64,000 nucleotides of DNA, from assembly GCA_965199955.1 (NCBI GenBank), contig CBDATQ010000001.1:2293537-2357536 (forward strand). The letters are read 5' to 3'. A program made the translations under genes and the position numbers. The DNA comes from Spirochaetia bacterium (GTDB lineage: Bacteria > Spirochaetota > Spirochaetia > SZUA-6 > Bin103). Under the pieces are notes generated by a model, which was given only the letters and a program-made list of their open reading frames with translations, had not been told where the DNA came from and searched no databases. Of this stretch, positions 40,527 through 50,863 are shown piece by piece (the stretch's first letter is position 1; each line of letters opens with the position of its first letter).

Positions 40527-41798
40527 TTGTTCGGCGTGATATCGCGCTACGTGGCGCGCGAGTTCCTGTCCGCGTTCCTGGTCGCCTTCCTGTTCTTCTT
40601 CTTCGTGTTCGTCGCCAACGTCCTGTTGGTCACCGCGGAGCAGATCTTCGCGAACCAGGTGCCGATCGGGGAGGTGGCGCGCCTGATGCTGTTCTCCCTG
40701 CCATTGATCGTCTTCTACTCGGTTCCGTTCGGGACGCTGCTCGGGGCGCTGATGGCGGTCAGCCGCCTCTCGGCCGACAATGAGGTCATCGCCGTCATGG
40801 CAGCGGGCATCCCCCTGCGACGCCTGTTCCTGCCGCTTGCCGCCGCCGGCGTCATCCTGTCCGGCCTGTCGTTCGTCTTCAACGATCTGCTGCTGCCGGC
40901 CAGCAACATCGAGTTCAGCCGGACCTACCGCCGCATGCTCGCCACCAATCCGTCGGTGGAGCTGGAGCCGTTCGCCGTCGAGCGCTACGAGGGGATGGCG
41001 ATCGTGACCGGAGCGATCGACGGCGGTACCATCGAGGTGCCCCTGATCCTGGACCGGACGGCCACGGGCGAGCGAAGGCTCATCATCGCCGGCAGCGCCT
41101 CCTTCGCGGAGAGCACCGCCCAGGACAGTGTCGTATCGCTGCACCTGAAGGACGTGTTCTCCCACGTCGCGGACATCGACGAGACGCGGCACGAGTACCT
41201 GCGGGCGGACTCCATGGAGTACAACATTCTGCTCCGCGACGTCAGCGGCGCTCTCAGCGCCGCCGGCCCGGACCAAATGAGCTCGGTCGACCTGCGCCGC
41301 GAGATCCGGGGCATGCAGGTGCGATTGGAAACCGAAGGGGAACAGCGCGCCGACACACGAGAAAGCGAACGCTACCGGCTGCTCGCGGAAGTGGCCGCAG
41401 CCGAGCGGACCGTCGCGGCGGACCCCGGACGCCTGCCGGACGAGCGCGACCGGATCGCTGCCATCACGACCGGATTCGAGCGGAGCCTGCGCCGGACGGC
41501 CTCGGAACGCACCGTGCATACCTACCTGCTGGAGCTTCACAAAAAGTACGCGCTACCGCTGGCCTGCCTTGCCTTCATGGCTCTTGCCCTTCCCGCCGGC
41601 CTGCTTGCACGGCGGTCGGGGCGAACGTTCGGCTTCCTGGTCGGCATCTGCCTCTGCTTTCTCTATTGGACGCTGCTGACCGTCGGCGAGACGACCTCGC
41701 TGCGCGCCGGCTTCGCACCGGCCCTGCCGGTGTGGCTGCCGAACGCCGTCGTGCTGGTGGCCGCAGGCGCGATCGCCGTGCTGAACCGCGCCCGATGA
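40527..41798 (+). CDS. lptF: LptF/YjgP family permease
   Basis: SRLSADNEVIAVMAAGI, ELHKKYALP, VWLPN. Confidence 0.9.
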   Translation: MFGVISRYVAREFLSAFLVAFLFFFFVFVANVLLVTAEQIFANQVPIGEVARLMLFSLPLIVFYSVPFGTLLGALMAVSRLSADNEVIAVMAAGIPLRRLFLPLAAAGVILSGLSFVFNDLLLPASNIEFSRTYRRMLATNPSVELEPFAVERYEGMAIVTGAIDGGTIEVPLILDRTATGERRLIIAGSASFAESTAQDSVVSLHLKDVFSHVADIDETRHEYLRADSMEYNILLRDVSGALSAAGPDQMSSVDLRREIRGMQVRLETEGEQRADTRESERYRLLAEVAAAERTVAADPGRLPDERDRIAAITTGFERSLRRTASERTVHTYLLELHKKYALPLACLAFMALALPAGLLARRSGRTFGFLVGICLCFLYWTLLTVGETTSLRAGFAPALPVWLPNAVVLVAAGAIAVLNRAR

Positions 41799-42871
41799 AC
41801 ATCCTGCAACGCATGCTGGTGCGCGCATTCCTGCCCGTGTTCGCGGCGGCCGCTGCCTTCTTCGTGCTGATACTGCTCCTGGTCGACCTGTATCCGAAGC
41901 TTTCGGCCTTCGCCGCCAACGAGGTGAGCGTCGCTCAGATCGCCGGCATCGCTGCACTGTACGCGCCCACGGCCGCCCGGTTCGCGGTGCCGATCGGGCT
42001 GCTGTTTGCGATCACGTATACGCTCGGTACGATCCAGGCCCGCAACGAGCTGATCGCCGTCCTCGGCGCGGGCGTCGGGTTGCGCAGCTTCATGAGCCCG
42101 CTGCTCCTGGTCGGCCTGATCGCATCGCCGGGCCTGCTGGCCTTCGACGAAGGCATCGGCACGCCCGCCCTGCGCGCCTACAACGAGCGGTACCGCGCGG
42201 CGGTCGGCCACTCGCTGTTTCTCAACAACACGGACGTCACGGTCCTGGACGAGGGAGGGCGGCGCGTGTACCGCTCCGACTACTACAACGACCGTGAAGG
42301 AGCGTTGCGCGGGCTGACCGTCGTCGTGCGGACGGCGGACGGCCGGCTCGTCAGCCGCACCGACGCCGCGCGCGCCGAGTGGATGGACGACCGCTGGATG
42401 CTCTACGACGTCCGGCACTATCGGTGGGACGCTGCCGGAGAGCGGTTGATCCAGGAGAGCATCGCCGAGTCGTCCGACCACTACGCACCCGGCCCCGACA
42501 CCTTCCGCCAGGAATCCCGCGACGTGGCCGACATGACCCTGCGCGAGGGCTGGACGTGGGTGCGAACGCTCCGCCGCGCGGGACTGCCCTATCGGTCGGC
42601 GCAGACCGACCTGTATGCCAAGGCAGGATTCGCCGTCACGCCGTTCGTGGTGTCGGTGATCGCCGCGGCGGTCGGCGGGATGCTGCGGCGCAACGTGCTG
42701 CTGGCCAGCATGCTGATCGCCCTGATCGGCTCGGTCGGCTACTTCGTCCTGCAGATGGTTGCCCACATCCTGGCCAAGACCGATGTGATACCGCCACTGC
42801 TCGGCGCCTCACTATCGGCCATGGTCTTTCTGGTGCTGGGCACTGTCATGCTGTGGCGGGCGCGCACGTGA
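41795..42871 (+). CDS. lptG: LptG/YjgQ family permease
   Basis: ARNELIAVLGAGVG; 3 TM + periplasmic beta region + 3 TM; ATGA overlap with lptF. Confidence 0.88.
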   Translation: MNILQRMLVRAFLPVFAAAAAFFVLILLLVDLYPKLSAFAANEVSVAQIAGIAALYAPTAARFAVPIGLLFAITYTLGTIQARNELIAVLGAGVGLRSFMSPLLLVGLIASPGLLAFDEGIGTPALRAYNERYRAAVGHSLFLNNTDVTVLDEGGRRVYRSDYYNDREGALRGLTVVVRTADGRLVSRTDAARAEWMDDRWMLYDVRHYRWDAAGERLIQESIAESSDHYAPGPDTFRQESRDVADMTLREGWTWVRTLRRAGLPYRSAQTDLYAKAGFAVTPFVVSVIAAAVGGMLRRNVLLASMLIALIGSVGYFVLQMVAHILAKTDVIPPLLGASLSAMVFLVLGTVMLWRART

Positions 42872-44007
42872 GTTTCCGGATCGACGCACGCGACACGCGC
42901 TCGGCCGCCCGCGCGGCCAGCCTGACGTTGCCGCACGGAACCGTGAGCACCCCCGCGTTCATGCCGGTAGGGACGAACGCATCGGTTAAGGCGGTCTGGC
43001 CGCGCGACCTGCTCGACCTGGGCTTCCGGATGGTGCTGGCCAATTCCTACCATCTCTACCTGCGTCCCGGCGCCGACACGGTTGCCCGCCACGGAGGACT
43101 CCACCGGTTCATGGCGTGGCAGGGCAACCTGCTGACCGATTCGGGAGGCTTCCAGGTATTCTCGCTGGCGCCCCTGCGCAACGTGGACGATGATGGAGTG
43201 GCCTTCCGGTCGCACCTGGACGGATCGCGGCACCGGCTGACCCCGGAATCGGTCGTCGATGTCCAGACCGCCCTCGGCAGCGACGTCATCATGCCGCTGG
43301 ACGTGTGCTCGGCGGCGGATGTCGATCACGCCGGAGCGGAGCAGGCCGCGAAGTTTACCGCACGCTGGGCAGCCCGGGCGGCCGCACGGTGGCGGTGTGG
43401 AAGCACGACGACCGACCAGCAACTCTGGGGCATCGTGCAGGGAGGCCTGTTCCCGGACCTGCGCGCGCGGTCGGCATCACAGATCCGGGCACTCGACCTG
43501 CCCGGAAGCGCGATCGGCGGGCTGTCGATAGGGGAGTCTGCTGCCCTCTTCGAAGCGACCGTCGCCCACACCGCACCGTTGCTCGATCCGGAGCGGCCCC
43601 GGTACCTGATGGGCATCGGCAGCCCCGACCTGATCCTGTGCGGAGTCGAGCACGGCGTGGACCTGTTCGATTCCGTGTATCCCACGCGGGTCGCGCGCAA
43701 CGCGCTGGCGCTCACGCGTGCCGGCACCCTGTCGCTGCGCACCGGGAGCGCCTCCCTTCGTGACGATCCTCTCGACGCCGAGTGCGCGTGCGCGGTGTGC
43801 GCGGCACATAGCCGCGCCTATCTCCGCCACCTGTTCAAGGCGCGCGAAATCATGGCTGCGGTGCTGACGACCTACCACAACCTGGCCTTCATGGCGGCGC
43901 TGATGGCGTCCGTGCGAGAGGCGATCGCCGGCGGCGGGTTCGCCGCCTTCAAGAGCGGCTTTCTCGACAGGTACCTGGATCGGTCGAACGCAGACGAACG
44001 CCCGTGA
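42868..44007 (+). CDS. tgt: tRNA-guanine transglycosylase
   Basis: TPAFMPVGT, TDSGGFQVFSL, PRYLMG, CACAVC zinc site. Confidence 0.97.
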   Translation: MSFRIDARDTRSAARAASLTLPHGTVSTPAFMPVGTNASVKAVWPRDLLDLGFRMVLANSYHLYLRPGADTVARHGGLHRFMAWQGNLLTDSGGFQVFSLAPLRNVDDDGVAFRSHLDGSRHRLTPESVVDVQTALGSDVIMPLDVCSAADVDHAGAEQAAKFTARWAARAAARWRCGSTTTDQQLWGIVQGGLFPDLRARSASQIRALDLPGSAIGGLSIGESAALFEATVAHTAPLLDPERPRYLMGIGSPDLILCGVEHGVDLFDSVYPTRVARNALALTRAGTLSLRTGSASLRDDPLDAECACAVCAAHSRAYLRHLFKAREIMAAVLTTYHNLAFMAALMASVREAIAGGGFAAFKSGFLDRYLDRSNADERP

Positions 44008-45566
44008 GTACGGGTCAGACCGCCCGGGCCGCCGCTTCCGGCGGGACCGAGCGGACGGCGGCCGTGCTCATGGCCTGTACCGCGGCCAGCCGGGCACTCG
44101 GCTTCGTACGCGCGGCGGTGCTAGCCGCCGTGTTCGGAGCCGGCGGCACCGTCGACGTCTTCACCGTCATGTTCCAGGTCCCCAACACCCTGCGCCGTCT
44201 TCTGGCCGAGGGCGCCTTCTCCGCCGCCTTGGTACCGGCTCTGGCCCGCGACCGCGATCCGCGGGCGCAGGTCGAGCTGGTACGGTCGGCGTTCGGCCTG
44301 CAGCTCGCCGTCACCGTGCCGTTGATTGCGGTCGCCGTGATCGCCGCCGCGCCGATCACGCGCGTCCTCGTCGCCTTTCCCGAACCGGAGAAAATGGCGA
44401 GCGCCGTCGGGCTGTTCCGCCTCATGGTGCCGTACGCCGCACTGGCCGGGGCGGCCGCGGTGCTCATGGGCGCCCTGCACGCACGCAACGTGTTCGTGGT
44501 GCCCGCGCTCGCTCCGCTGCTGTTCTCGGTCGGCGTGATCGCCAGCGTTCTTGTCCTGGCGCCGCGCTGGGGTATCCTTGCGGCTGCCGCCGGAGTCCTG
44601 GCAGGCGGCGTACTTCAGCTCCTGTTCCAGGTGCCGGCCTTCCTGCACCGCGGCTTCAGCATCGTGCCACGCCTGCGGTTCGACGATCGAATGCGCCGGA
44701 TCCTGCGCGGCTGGGGGCCGGCGGTCGCGTCAGCGCTGGTGTTCGCGGCCATGCAGTACGTTTCGTTCCTGCTGGCCAGCGGCCTCGGCGATGGCAGCAC
44801 CAGCGCGCTCTTCTTCGCGGTGGTCTTCTTCCAACTGCCGCTGGGCGTGTTGTCGGTGTCCGTGGTAACCGCCGCGTTTCCGCGACTGGCCGAGATGGCG
44901 GCCGACAATCGAACCACGGAGTTGCGCCGCAGCGCGACGGACGGGCTGGTGACGCTTGCCGCGCTCCTCGTGCCCGCAGCGGTCGCGTACCTCCTGCTCG
45001 GGGACTCCATCGTCCATGCGGCCCTGCAGCGCGGGCGTTTCGACGCCGAAGCTACCGAGTTGACCGCCGCCGTGCTGCGCGGCTTTGCCATCGGGTTGCC
45101 CAGCGTCGGCGTGTTCACCTTTCTCCAGCGCCTCTGCTATGCGCTGGACGCTCCCCGCCGGGCTCTGCGGGCCGCCATCGTGGTCGCGATCGTCGACGTG
45201 GCCCTGTCGCTGTGGTGGAAGGAGACGGCGCTGGGAGTGGCCGGGCTCGCCCTTGCCAACTCCGCGGCGTTCTCGGCCGGGACGCTGCTGCTGGCGCTGC
45301 CGTCCCGCCTCGTGGCGTGGAGCGTGCTAGCACGGGGTGCGGTGCAGGTGGCGGCCGGGGTGGCGCCGGCAGGCGCCCTCATGTGGATCGCCTCCTCCCG
45401 GCTGCCCGATCCACGAGAGGGACCAGCCGGCGTGGAGCACGTGGCGTTGCTCATGGGCGTGGTCGCGGCGGCCGCGCTGGTCACGATCGTGCTGTACCGG
45501 CTCGTCGGCCTGCCATTCGTTCGGCAACTCGCCGTGCGACGTCCCGGACACCACCCCGAGCCCTGA
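44004..45566 (+). CDS. murJ: Lipid II flippase MurJ/MviN
   Basis: SRALGFVR, PNTLRRLLAEGAFS, FQLPLG, QRGRF. Confidence 0.95.
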   Translation: MSTGQTARAAASGGTERTAAVLMACTAASRALGFVRAAVLAAVFGAGGTVDVFTVMFQVPNTLRRLLAEGAFSAALVPALARDRDPRAQVELVRSAFGLQLAVTVPLIAVAVIAAAPITRVLVAFPEPEKMASAVGLFRLMVPYAALAGAAAVLMGALHARNVFVVPALAPLLFSVGVIASVLVLAPRWGILAAAAGVLAGGVLQLLFQVPAFLHRGFSIVPRLRFDDRMRRILRGWGPAVASALVFAAMQYVSFLLASGLGDGSTSALFFAVVFFQLPLGVLSVSVVTAAFPRLAEMAADNRTTELRRSATDGLVTLAALLVPAAVAYLLLGDSIVHAALQRGRFDAEATELTAAVLRGFAIGLPSVGVFTFLQRLCYALDAPRRALRAAIVVAIVDVALSLWWKETALGVAGLALANSAAFSAGTLLLALPSRLVAWSVLARGAVQVAAGVAPAGALMWIASSRLPDPREGPAGVEHVALLMGVVAAAALVTIVLYRLVGLPFVRQLAVRRPGHHPEP

Positions 45567-45590
45567 CGCCTCGGAGAGAGGGACTGCGGC

Positions 45591-48329
45591 CTAGTGCAGA
45601 GCCTCGGCCCGCTCGATGCTGTCCACCCGATAGTGAAACGGCTTCTCGTTGATCGTGAACTGCAGCACATCGTCGGGGCGATGATTCCACAGCTCGGCGC
45701 CGAGCGGGGACAGATACGAGATCACGTTTCTCGCCGGGTCGGACTCCCACGGACCGAGGATGGTGAAGTGCTCGTTATCGCCGGTGGCGACGTTGGTCAG
45801 ATGCACCGTGGTCCCGAATGACACCGTCTGATCGTCGACCTGACCGGAGTCGAAGATCTGTGCCTCCTGCAGCTCTTCCTGGAGCCGTGACGCGGAGCCC
45901 TTCAGCAGCTCCTGCTTCTCGAGCGCGGCCTTGTATTCGGCGTTCTCGCGCAGGTCTCCCTTCTGCATCGCCAAGCCGATCTCCTTGGAGTTGAGCGGGA
46001 TCTCCATCTCGATCAGGTGGCGAAGCTCGCGCTGCTTGGTTTCGTAACCGCCGCGCGTGACCAACAGGCCGGCGCGCGTGCGTTCCACTGCCAGCGGCTC
46101 GCCGACCGACTCGAACTCGGGAAACCGATCCGTGATCTTCTCCTTGAGACGGATCTTGATCGACGGATCCAGGTGCTCGATGTCGGCGACCATCGAATGG
46201 ACGCGGGTGATCGTGTCCAAGTCTGCCAGGAGGGTAAAGCGGAGCAGGTTGCCGTCCTTGAACAGGTAGCCGTGGATCTGCTTGTTGAGGCGTCGGCCGG
46301 CGGAGACGTCGCGCCTGTTCTCGATGTCGCGGTAGGTGAGATCGAGCAGGTGGATCAGCGCGGTCAGGCACTTCTCCTGCCTGGCGGCCACGCTCGTGAA
46401 CCAGGCTTCGTCTTCGCAGTTGCGCAACAGCCACACGAACGGCTCGCGCAGGTCGCGATAGCTTTCGAACACCTTGGCGACGATCCGCTCCAGTGAATCG
46501 AACTCCTTGTTGTTGATGAGGGCGTCCACCAGCAGCCGGCTCGGCTGCAGATAGAAGAAACGGGAGTAGACCGCCGGCCAGTCCGCGACTTCCTCGCGCA
46601 CGTGCGCGAGGAAGTCCTTGCGCAGCTCAGTGTTGTCCAGTGCCAGGAACAATTCCTCCAGATCGTCGACCTGTCCGAGCAGGTCGGCGAACTCCCGGTC
46701 GACATCGGTGGCGAGGTAGGGATGCTTCTTGCCGATCTGCTGTACCAGGAGGAAGCTCGCGATCACCTGATCGTTGGCCACCGTGTACGCCTTCAGGAAC
46801 CCGCTGAAGTAGGAGAACATCTCGCTGAAGTACTCGGAGTCGGGACTGGCGTTCTGCAGGTAGTCCTGCAGGATGGAGACCCGTCCGAAGAACGACTTTT
46901 CCGCCGAGAACTTGTTGAACATCTTCTCCTCGTAGGAGATCGGGGTGTCGCGCACCACGTACGTGTCCAACTTCTCCTCGTGGCTGCCGAAGGACGGGTC
47001 GGTCTTCAGAATGCGTCGCGCCGCCGTGCTCCACTTGGACCACTCCGAGGCGGTCAGAATACGGGGGACGAGCTCCATCTTGATGCGTTTCATGTCGGCC
47101 TGATTGCCGAAACTCCGGATGATGGAACGCAGGGTCGCAGCCGGATCGCTCTTGACGCTGTCCCGCAGCCTGGTGCGGGAGGTGGTGGCCTTCTGCACCC
47201 AGAAGTGGCCCCTGGCCAGGATCTTCAGTGCGCTGACGGCCATCTTCAGCGACATCCGGTGGTTGCGTTTCTTGGGAAAGTCGACGGTGATCTCATCATC
47301 GTCGATCGCGGAGATTCGCCCTATGCCCCAACTGCGGTGGAACACGAAGTTGCCGGCGTCGAAGGCGATGTGCTTCTCGAAGTCCGCGATCGCTTCCTGG
47401 GCGTTGCGCCACGCCTGAGTCAGGTTGGAAATGCGCAGGTACTCGTCCAGATGGCTGTGGCCGGCGTGCTTCTCGGTATACGCCTCGGCGATCTGGGCGC
47501 GCGCCTCCGTGTTCTTCGGCTCATAGCGCAGAATGCGCTTGAGAATCTCGATGGTGGTGTCCCAGTCCTCCTTCTCGTAGTAGTGGGGATACAGCGCCTC
47601 CAGAAGCGCCACGGCCCGTTCCTCGCTGACCGTGCGGGCGACCTTGCGCTCGAGTTGCAGATAGAACTCCGTATCGTCCGGCCGGTGCTCGATCAGGCGC
47701 TCCCACACCTCCTTGATGTTCGCGTAGTTCCGCTTGTTGATATAACGGTGCAGCGCCTTTCGGTAGTAATTGACCGCGCCGCCGATGTCGCCCGCCTGCT
47801 CTCGGTTGCGGGCGAGCACCTTGACGAAGTCCGCCTCCTCGTAGTCGACGCGTATCAGCCGCTCGTACACCTCGAGTTTCGCCGCTTCCTCGTTCTTGTT
47901 GTCGTAGCTCTCGGCGAGCGTTCTCAGCGCGAAGCGGTTCTCTCCGAACTCGAGGATGCGATTGCACAGATACTCGACGATATTCCACTTGTGATTGTCG
48001 GTGAAGATGTTCACCAGCAGAACCAGGTTGGAGTCGTCCACCAGTCGGCGGCCGATCGACACGATGCCGGACAGGTACAGAGCGATGATGCTGTTGCGAT
48101 TGCTGCGCAGGTGCTCTTCGCAGAGCTCCAACAGCTCCGTCTCGCAGTCCTCCTTCCTCGCGTCCTCCAGCAGGTTGTCGAGTTCGACGAAGTTGGACGT
48201 CACGTAGCTGTTCAGCGCAGCTCGGGTCCACTTTTCCTGATTGAGCAGCTCGGTGACCTTGGTGGTCAGGCTGCCGGCGGCGCCATCGGCCGCGGTCCCT
48301 GTCGGTGTATCCGTCACGGTAGGAGTCAT
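45591..48329 (-). CDS. greA: Transcription elongation factor GreA, spirochaete-type with large N-terminal extension
   Basis: C-terminal GDLRENAEY, ILGPWES, ISYLSPLG; ~750-aa helical N-extension; ATG after GAGG. Confidence 0.95.
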   Translation of the reverse strand: MTPTVTDTPTGTAADGAAGSLTTKVTELLNQEKWTRAALNSYVTSNFVELDNLLEDARKEDCETELLELCEEHLRSNRNSIIALYLSGIVSIGRRLVDDSNLVLLVNIFTDNHKWNIVEYLCNRILEFGENRFALRTLAESYDNKNEEAAKLEVYERLIRVDYEEADFVKVLARNREQAGDIGGAVNYYRKALHRYINKRNYANIKEVWERLIEHRPDDTEFYLQLERKVARTVSEERAVALLEALYPHYYEKEDWDTTIEILKRILRYEPKNTEARAQIAEAYTEKHAGHSHLDEYLRISNLTQAWRNAQEAIADFEKHIAFDAGNFVFHRSWGIGRISAIDDDEITVDFPKKRNHRMSLKMAVSALKILARGHFWVQKATTSRTRLRDSVKSDPAATLRSIIRSFGNQADMKRIKMELVPRILTASEWSKWSTAARRILKTDPSFGSHEEKLDTYVVRDTPISYEEKMFNKFSAEKSFFGRVSILQDYLQNASPDSEYFSEMFSYFSGFLKAYTVANDQVIASFLLVQQIGKKHPYLATDVDREFADLLGQVDDLEELFLALDNTELRKDFLAHVREEVADWPAVYSRFFYLQPSRLLVDALINNKEFDSLERIVAKVFESYRDLREPFVWLLRNCEDEAWFTSVAARQEKCLTALIHLLDLTYRDIENRRDVSAGRRLNKQIHGYLFKDGNLLRFTLLADLDTITRVHSMVADIEHLDPSIKIRLKEKITDRFPEFESVGEPLAVERTRAGLLVTRGGYETKQRELRHLIEMEIPLNSKEIGLAMQKGDLRENAEYKAALEKQELLKGSASRLQEELQEAQIFDSGQVDDQTVSFGTTVHLTNVATGDNEHFTILGPWESDPARNVISYLSPLGAELWNHRPDDVLQFTINEKPFHYRVDSIERAEALH

Positions 48330-48402
48330 GCTTACCTCGGTTTCGGCGCCTCCATGTGGCACCGGCATTGTTTCCCCATCAGAGGGTGTCTTGTCGTCTC
48401 GA

Positions 48403-49356
48403 CTATCGTACGTACTCGTCGTGAACCTGGCGGTCCAGATCGCGGATCTTCGTCAGCACTTCGCGGACGCGAGGCTTCGCTTCGCCGGTCACGATGAAAT
48501 GGTCGATGAGCCAGAAGTAGTGGTTGAGCAGTCCCGGGGCAACCTCCGGCGGCGCATCGCCTGCGGCGACCTGTCGTTCCATGGCGAAGATGGTCTGCTT
48601 GAGGCGTCCCAGCTCCAGCGGCTTGAGCTCGCGCTTCACCGTAAACACGCCGTGGAGCGTGGCGTATACCGGCAGCCACGAGGCGATCTCCTGACGCGTC
48701 CGGCCGGCATGCTCCATCGTCACGATCAGCCGCCGGATGACCGGTGCCTCCAGCCGCTCGAGCTGGATCGACTCGGCTCCGATGAAGAATGCTTCCCGGA
48801 ACAGCACCCGCGAAAAGCGGTCTTCATTGACCAGCCCGTAACAGTCCGCCAGCTCGGCCAGGATCTCCGGAGAACGGCGCTGCTTTCTGCTTGCGGTCTC
48901 CAGGTGTTCGATGGCACTGGCGTAGTTGCCCAAGCCCTTGTAGGTACGGCCGATGCGCAGCAACAGGTCTGCGTCCTCCCGCTCCGGATGCGCCTCCAGG
49001 AGGTTGCGGTATCCCCGCAGGCACTCGGTCATCACATACCGCCGGATGTCGAACAACGTGCGCTCCGACATATCCTCCAAGCGTCCGGCGAACGGCTGAA
49101 AAAGTTCCCACTGCTGCTCCAGGTACTCGGCCCGCTCGTACGGGTCGTCGATGGTAGCCAGGCGTGCCTCGCGATCCTGCCAGAACGTCGCGCACTTCAA
49201 CGCCGACGCGACGCTGGTGAGCCCGGCGTCCAGACGCAGGGCTCGCTCCAGCACACGGATCGCCTTGGCGAAGGAGCCTTCGCGAAAACACGCGTCCGCG
49301 CGATTGACGAGATGTGCGACTTCATTGGCCGTAAAAATGAGTTGCCGCTCGGCCAT
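48403..49356 (-). CDS. TPR-containing conserved protein
   Basis: Helical TPR-like repeats (IGRTYKGLGNYASAI, LAELADCY), FREAFF; co-oriented upstream of greA. Confidence 0.8.
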   Translation of the reverse strand: MAERQLIFTANEVAHLVNRADACFREGSFAKAIRVLERALRLDAGLTSVASALKCATFWQDREARLATIDDPYERAEYLEQQWELFQPFAGRLEDMSERTLFDIRRYVMTECLRGYRNLLEAHPEREDADLLLRIGRTYKGLGNYASAIEHLETASRKQRRSPEILAELADCYGLVNEDRFSRVLFREAFFIGAESIQLERLEAPVIRRLIVTMEHAGRTRQEIASWLPVYATLHGVFTVKRELKPLELGRLKQTIFAMERQVAAGDAPPEVAPGLLNHYFWLIDHFIVTGEAKPRVREVLTKIRDLDRQVHDEYVR

Positions 49357-49448
49357 CCGAATGAGTTCAAGTATGCGCCGGGAGAGGTCTCGAGGTCAAA
49401 TCCTCGTGCCTCCTGTGCACGCCCGCGCAGCGGCGCTACGATGCCGCC

Positions 49449-50156
49449 ATGGACGTCCGGCGGGCACCGAATCGGGTGCGGGTGGCGCCGTCGCTGTTAT
49501 CGGCCGACTTCGGCCATCTGGCGCGGGCGCTGGCGACCGTCGAGGAGGCGCCTGCGGATCTGTTGCACCTCGACGTCATGGACGGCAGCTTCGTCGACGA
49601 GATCACCTTCGGCGCCAAGCTGGTCGCCGACCTGCGTCCCCGCTCCCGGCTGCCCTTCGACGTGCACCTGATGGTGCGGGAACCGGCGCGCCACGTCGCC
49701 CGGTTCGCCGATGCAGGCGCCGACCTGGTCACCGTGCACCTGGAAGCGTGCCGTGACGCCGGAGACGATCCACGGGCGCTCCTGCAGGCGATCCGGGACT
49801 TGGGAATACGGGCCGGGATCGCCGTCTCGCCGCCCACGCCGGCAGCAGCCCTGGAGCCGCTGCTCGACGTCATCGACCTGGCGCTGGTCATGACGGTACC
49901 TCCCGGCGCCGGCGGCCAGGAACTCATTCCGGCGTGTCTGGAAAAGGCGCGGGAACTCGCGGAGCGCCGGCACCGGGCACGCCACTCGTTCTGGATCTCC
50001 ACGGATGGGGGCCTGCATCGCGGCAACGTCGGCTCTGCCGTTGCGGCGGGCATCGACGTCGCCGTGATCGGGTCGGCGATCTGGCGGGCGACCGTGCCTG
50101 CCGACGAGATTCGCGCCATCCGGGCGGCGGTCGATGCCCGCGCCGGCGCGGCGTGA
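49449..50156 (+). CDS. rpe: Ribulose-phosphate 3-epimerase
   Basis: APSLLSADF, HLDVMDG, DVHLM, GGQ, DGG. Confidence 0.95.
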   Translation: MDVRRAPNRVRVAPSLLSADFGHLARALATVEEAPADLLHLDVMDGSFVDEITFGAKLVADLRPRSRLPFDVHLMVREPARHVARFADAGADLVTVHLEACRDAGDDPRALLQAIRDLGIRAGIAVSPPTPAAALEPLLDVIDLALVMTVPPGAGGQELIPACLEKARELAERRHRARHSFWISTDGGLHRGNVGSAVAAGIDVAVIGSAIWRATVPADEIRAIRAAVDARAGAA

Positions 50157-50205
50157 GGCGGAGACGCCACGTGGCGCAGGAACCTCGGGCAGGGGCGGGT
50201 GAACG

Positions 50206-50655
50206 ATGAGAGCGGTCGTTCAGCGCGTCTCACGTTGTGCCGTGCGCCCCGCGGGCGAAGCCCCGCGGAGCCAGGGAGCCGGTCTGCTGCTCTACGTGGG
50301 TGTCGAGCGCGGCGACGGCGAGTCCGATGCTGCATACATCGCCGACAAGACGGCCGGCCTGCGCATATTCCTGGACGATGACGGGAAGATGAACCGTTCG
50401 GTCGCACAGACAGGCGGCGCGATCACCGTGGTATCGCAGTTCACGCTGGCCGGCGACGTCCGGCGCGGCCGGCGTCCGTCGTTCACGCAGGCGGAAGATC
50501 CGGACCGCGCGAACCAACTGTACGAGCGACTGGTGTGCCTGCTCCGAGCCGCCGGACTGCCGGTCAACACCGGGGTCTTCCGCGCCTCCATGCAGGTGGA
50601 GTCGTGCAATGAGGGACCCGTCACCATCCTCCTGGACTCCCGCCGGACGTTCTGA
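50206..50655 (+). CDS. dtd: D-aminoacyl-tRNA deacylase
   Basis: MRAVVQRV, VSQFTL, GRRPSF, NEGPVT. Confidence 0.97.
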   Translation: MRAVVQRVSRCAVRPAGEAPRSQGAGLLLYVGVERGDGESDAAYIADKTAGLRIFLDDDGKMNRSVAQTGGAITVVSQFTLAGDVRRGRRPSFTQAEDPDRANQLYERLVCLLRAAGLPVNTGVFRASMQVESCNEGPVTILLDSRRTF

Positions 50656-50697
50656 GGGTTGGAAGCGGGAACCGCCCGGGAGCGCCTCCGGGCGGCG

Positions 50698-50727
50698 TTG
50701 ACCGGCGCTGCCTCGTCCCGGTAGACT
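50698..50727 (+). promoter_or_regulatory. Putative sigma70 promoter of recA
   Basis: TTGACC-N18-TAGACT. Confidence 0.55.
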
Positions 50728-50863
50728 CGCGGTGACACTGGGAGAGTCACGTTGGCGGATTATCGACGCCGCTCCAATCCACCGAACAGAAGCGCGGCGG
50801 CGGCTGGATGCGTATCTGTGTGCGAAGGCCCGGTCCCTGACCCGGGGAAGGAGTAGCAAGCCC

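Noticed and set aside
45591..48329. Giant GreA as a novel fusion
   Set aside because: Long N-terminally extended GreA is already known in spirochaetes and chlamydiae.
50728..50863. LexA box upstream of recA
   Set aside because: No convincing palindrome, and none shared with the ruvCAB upstream region.
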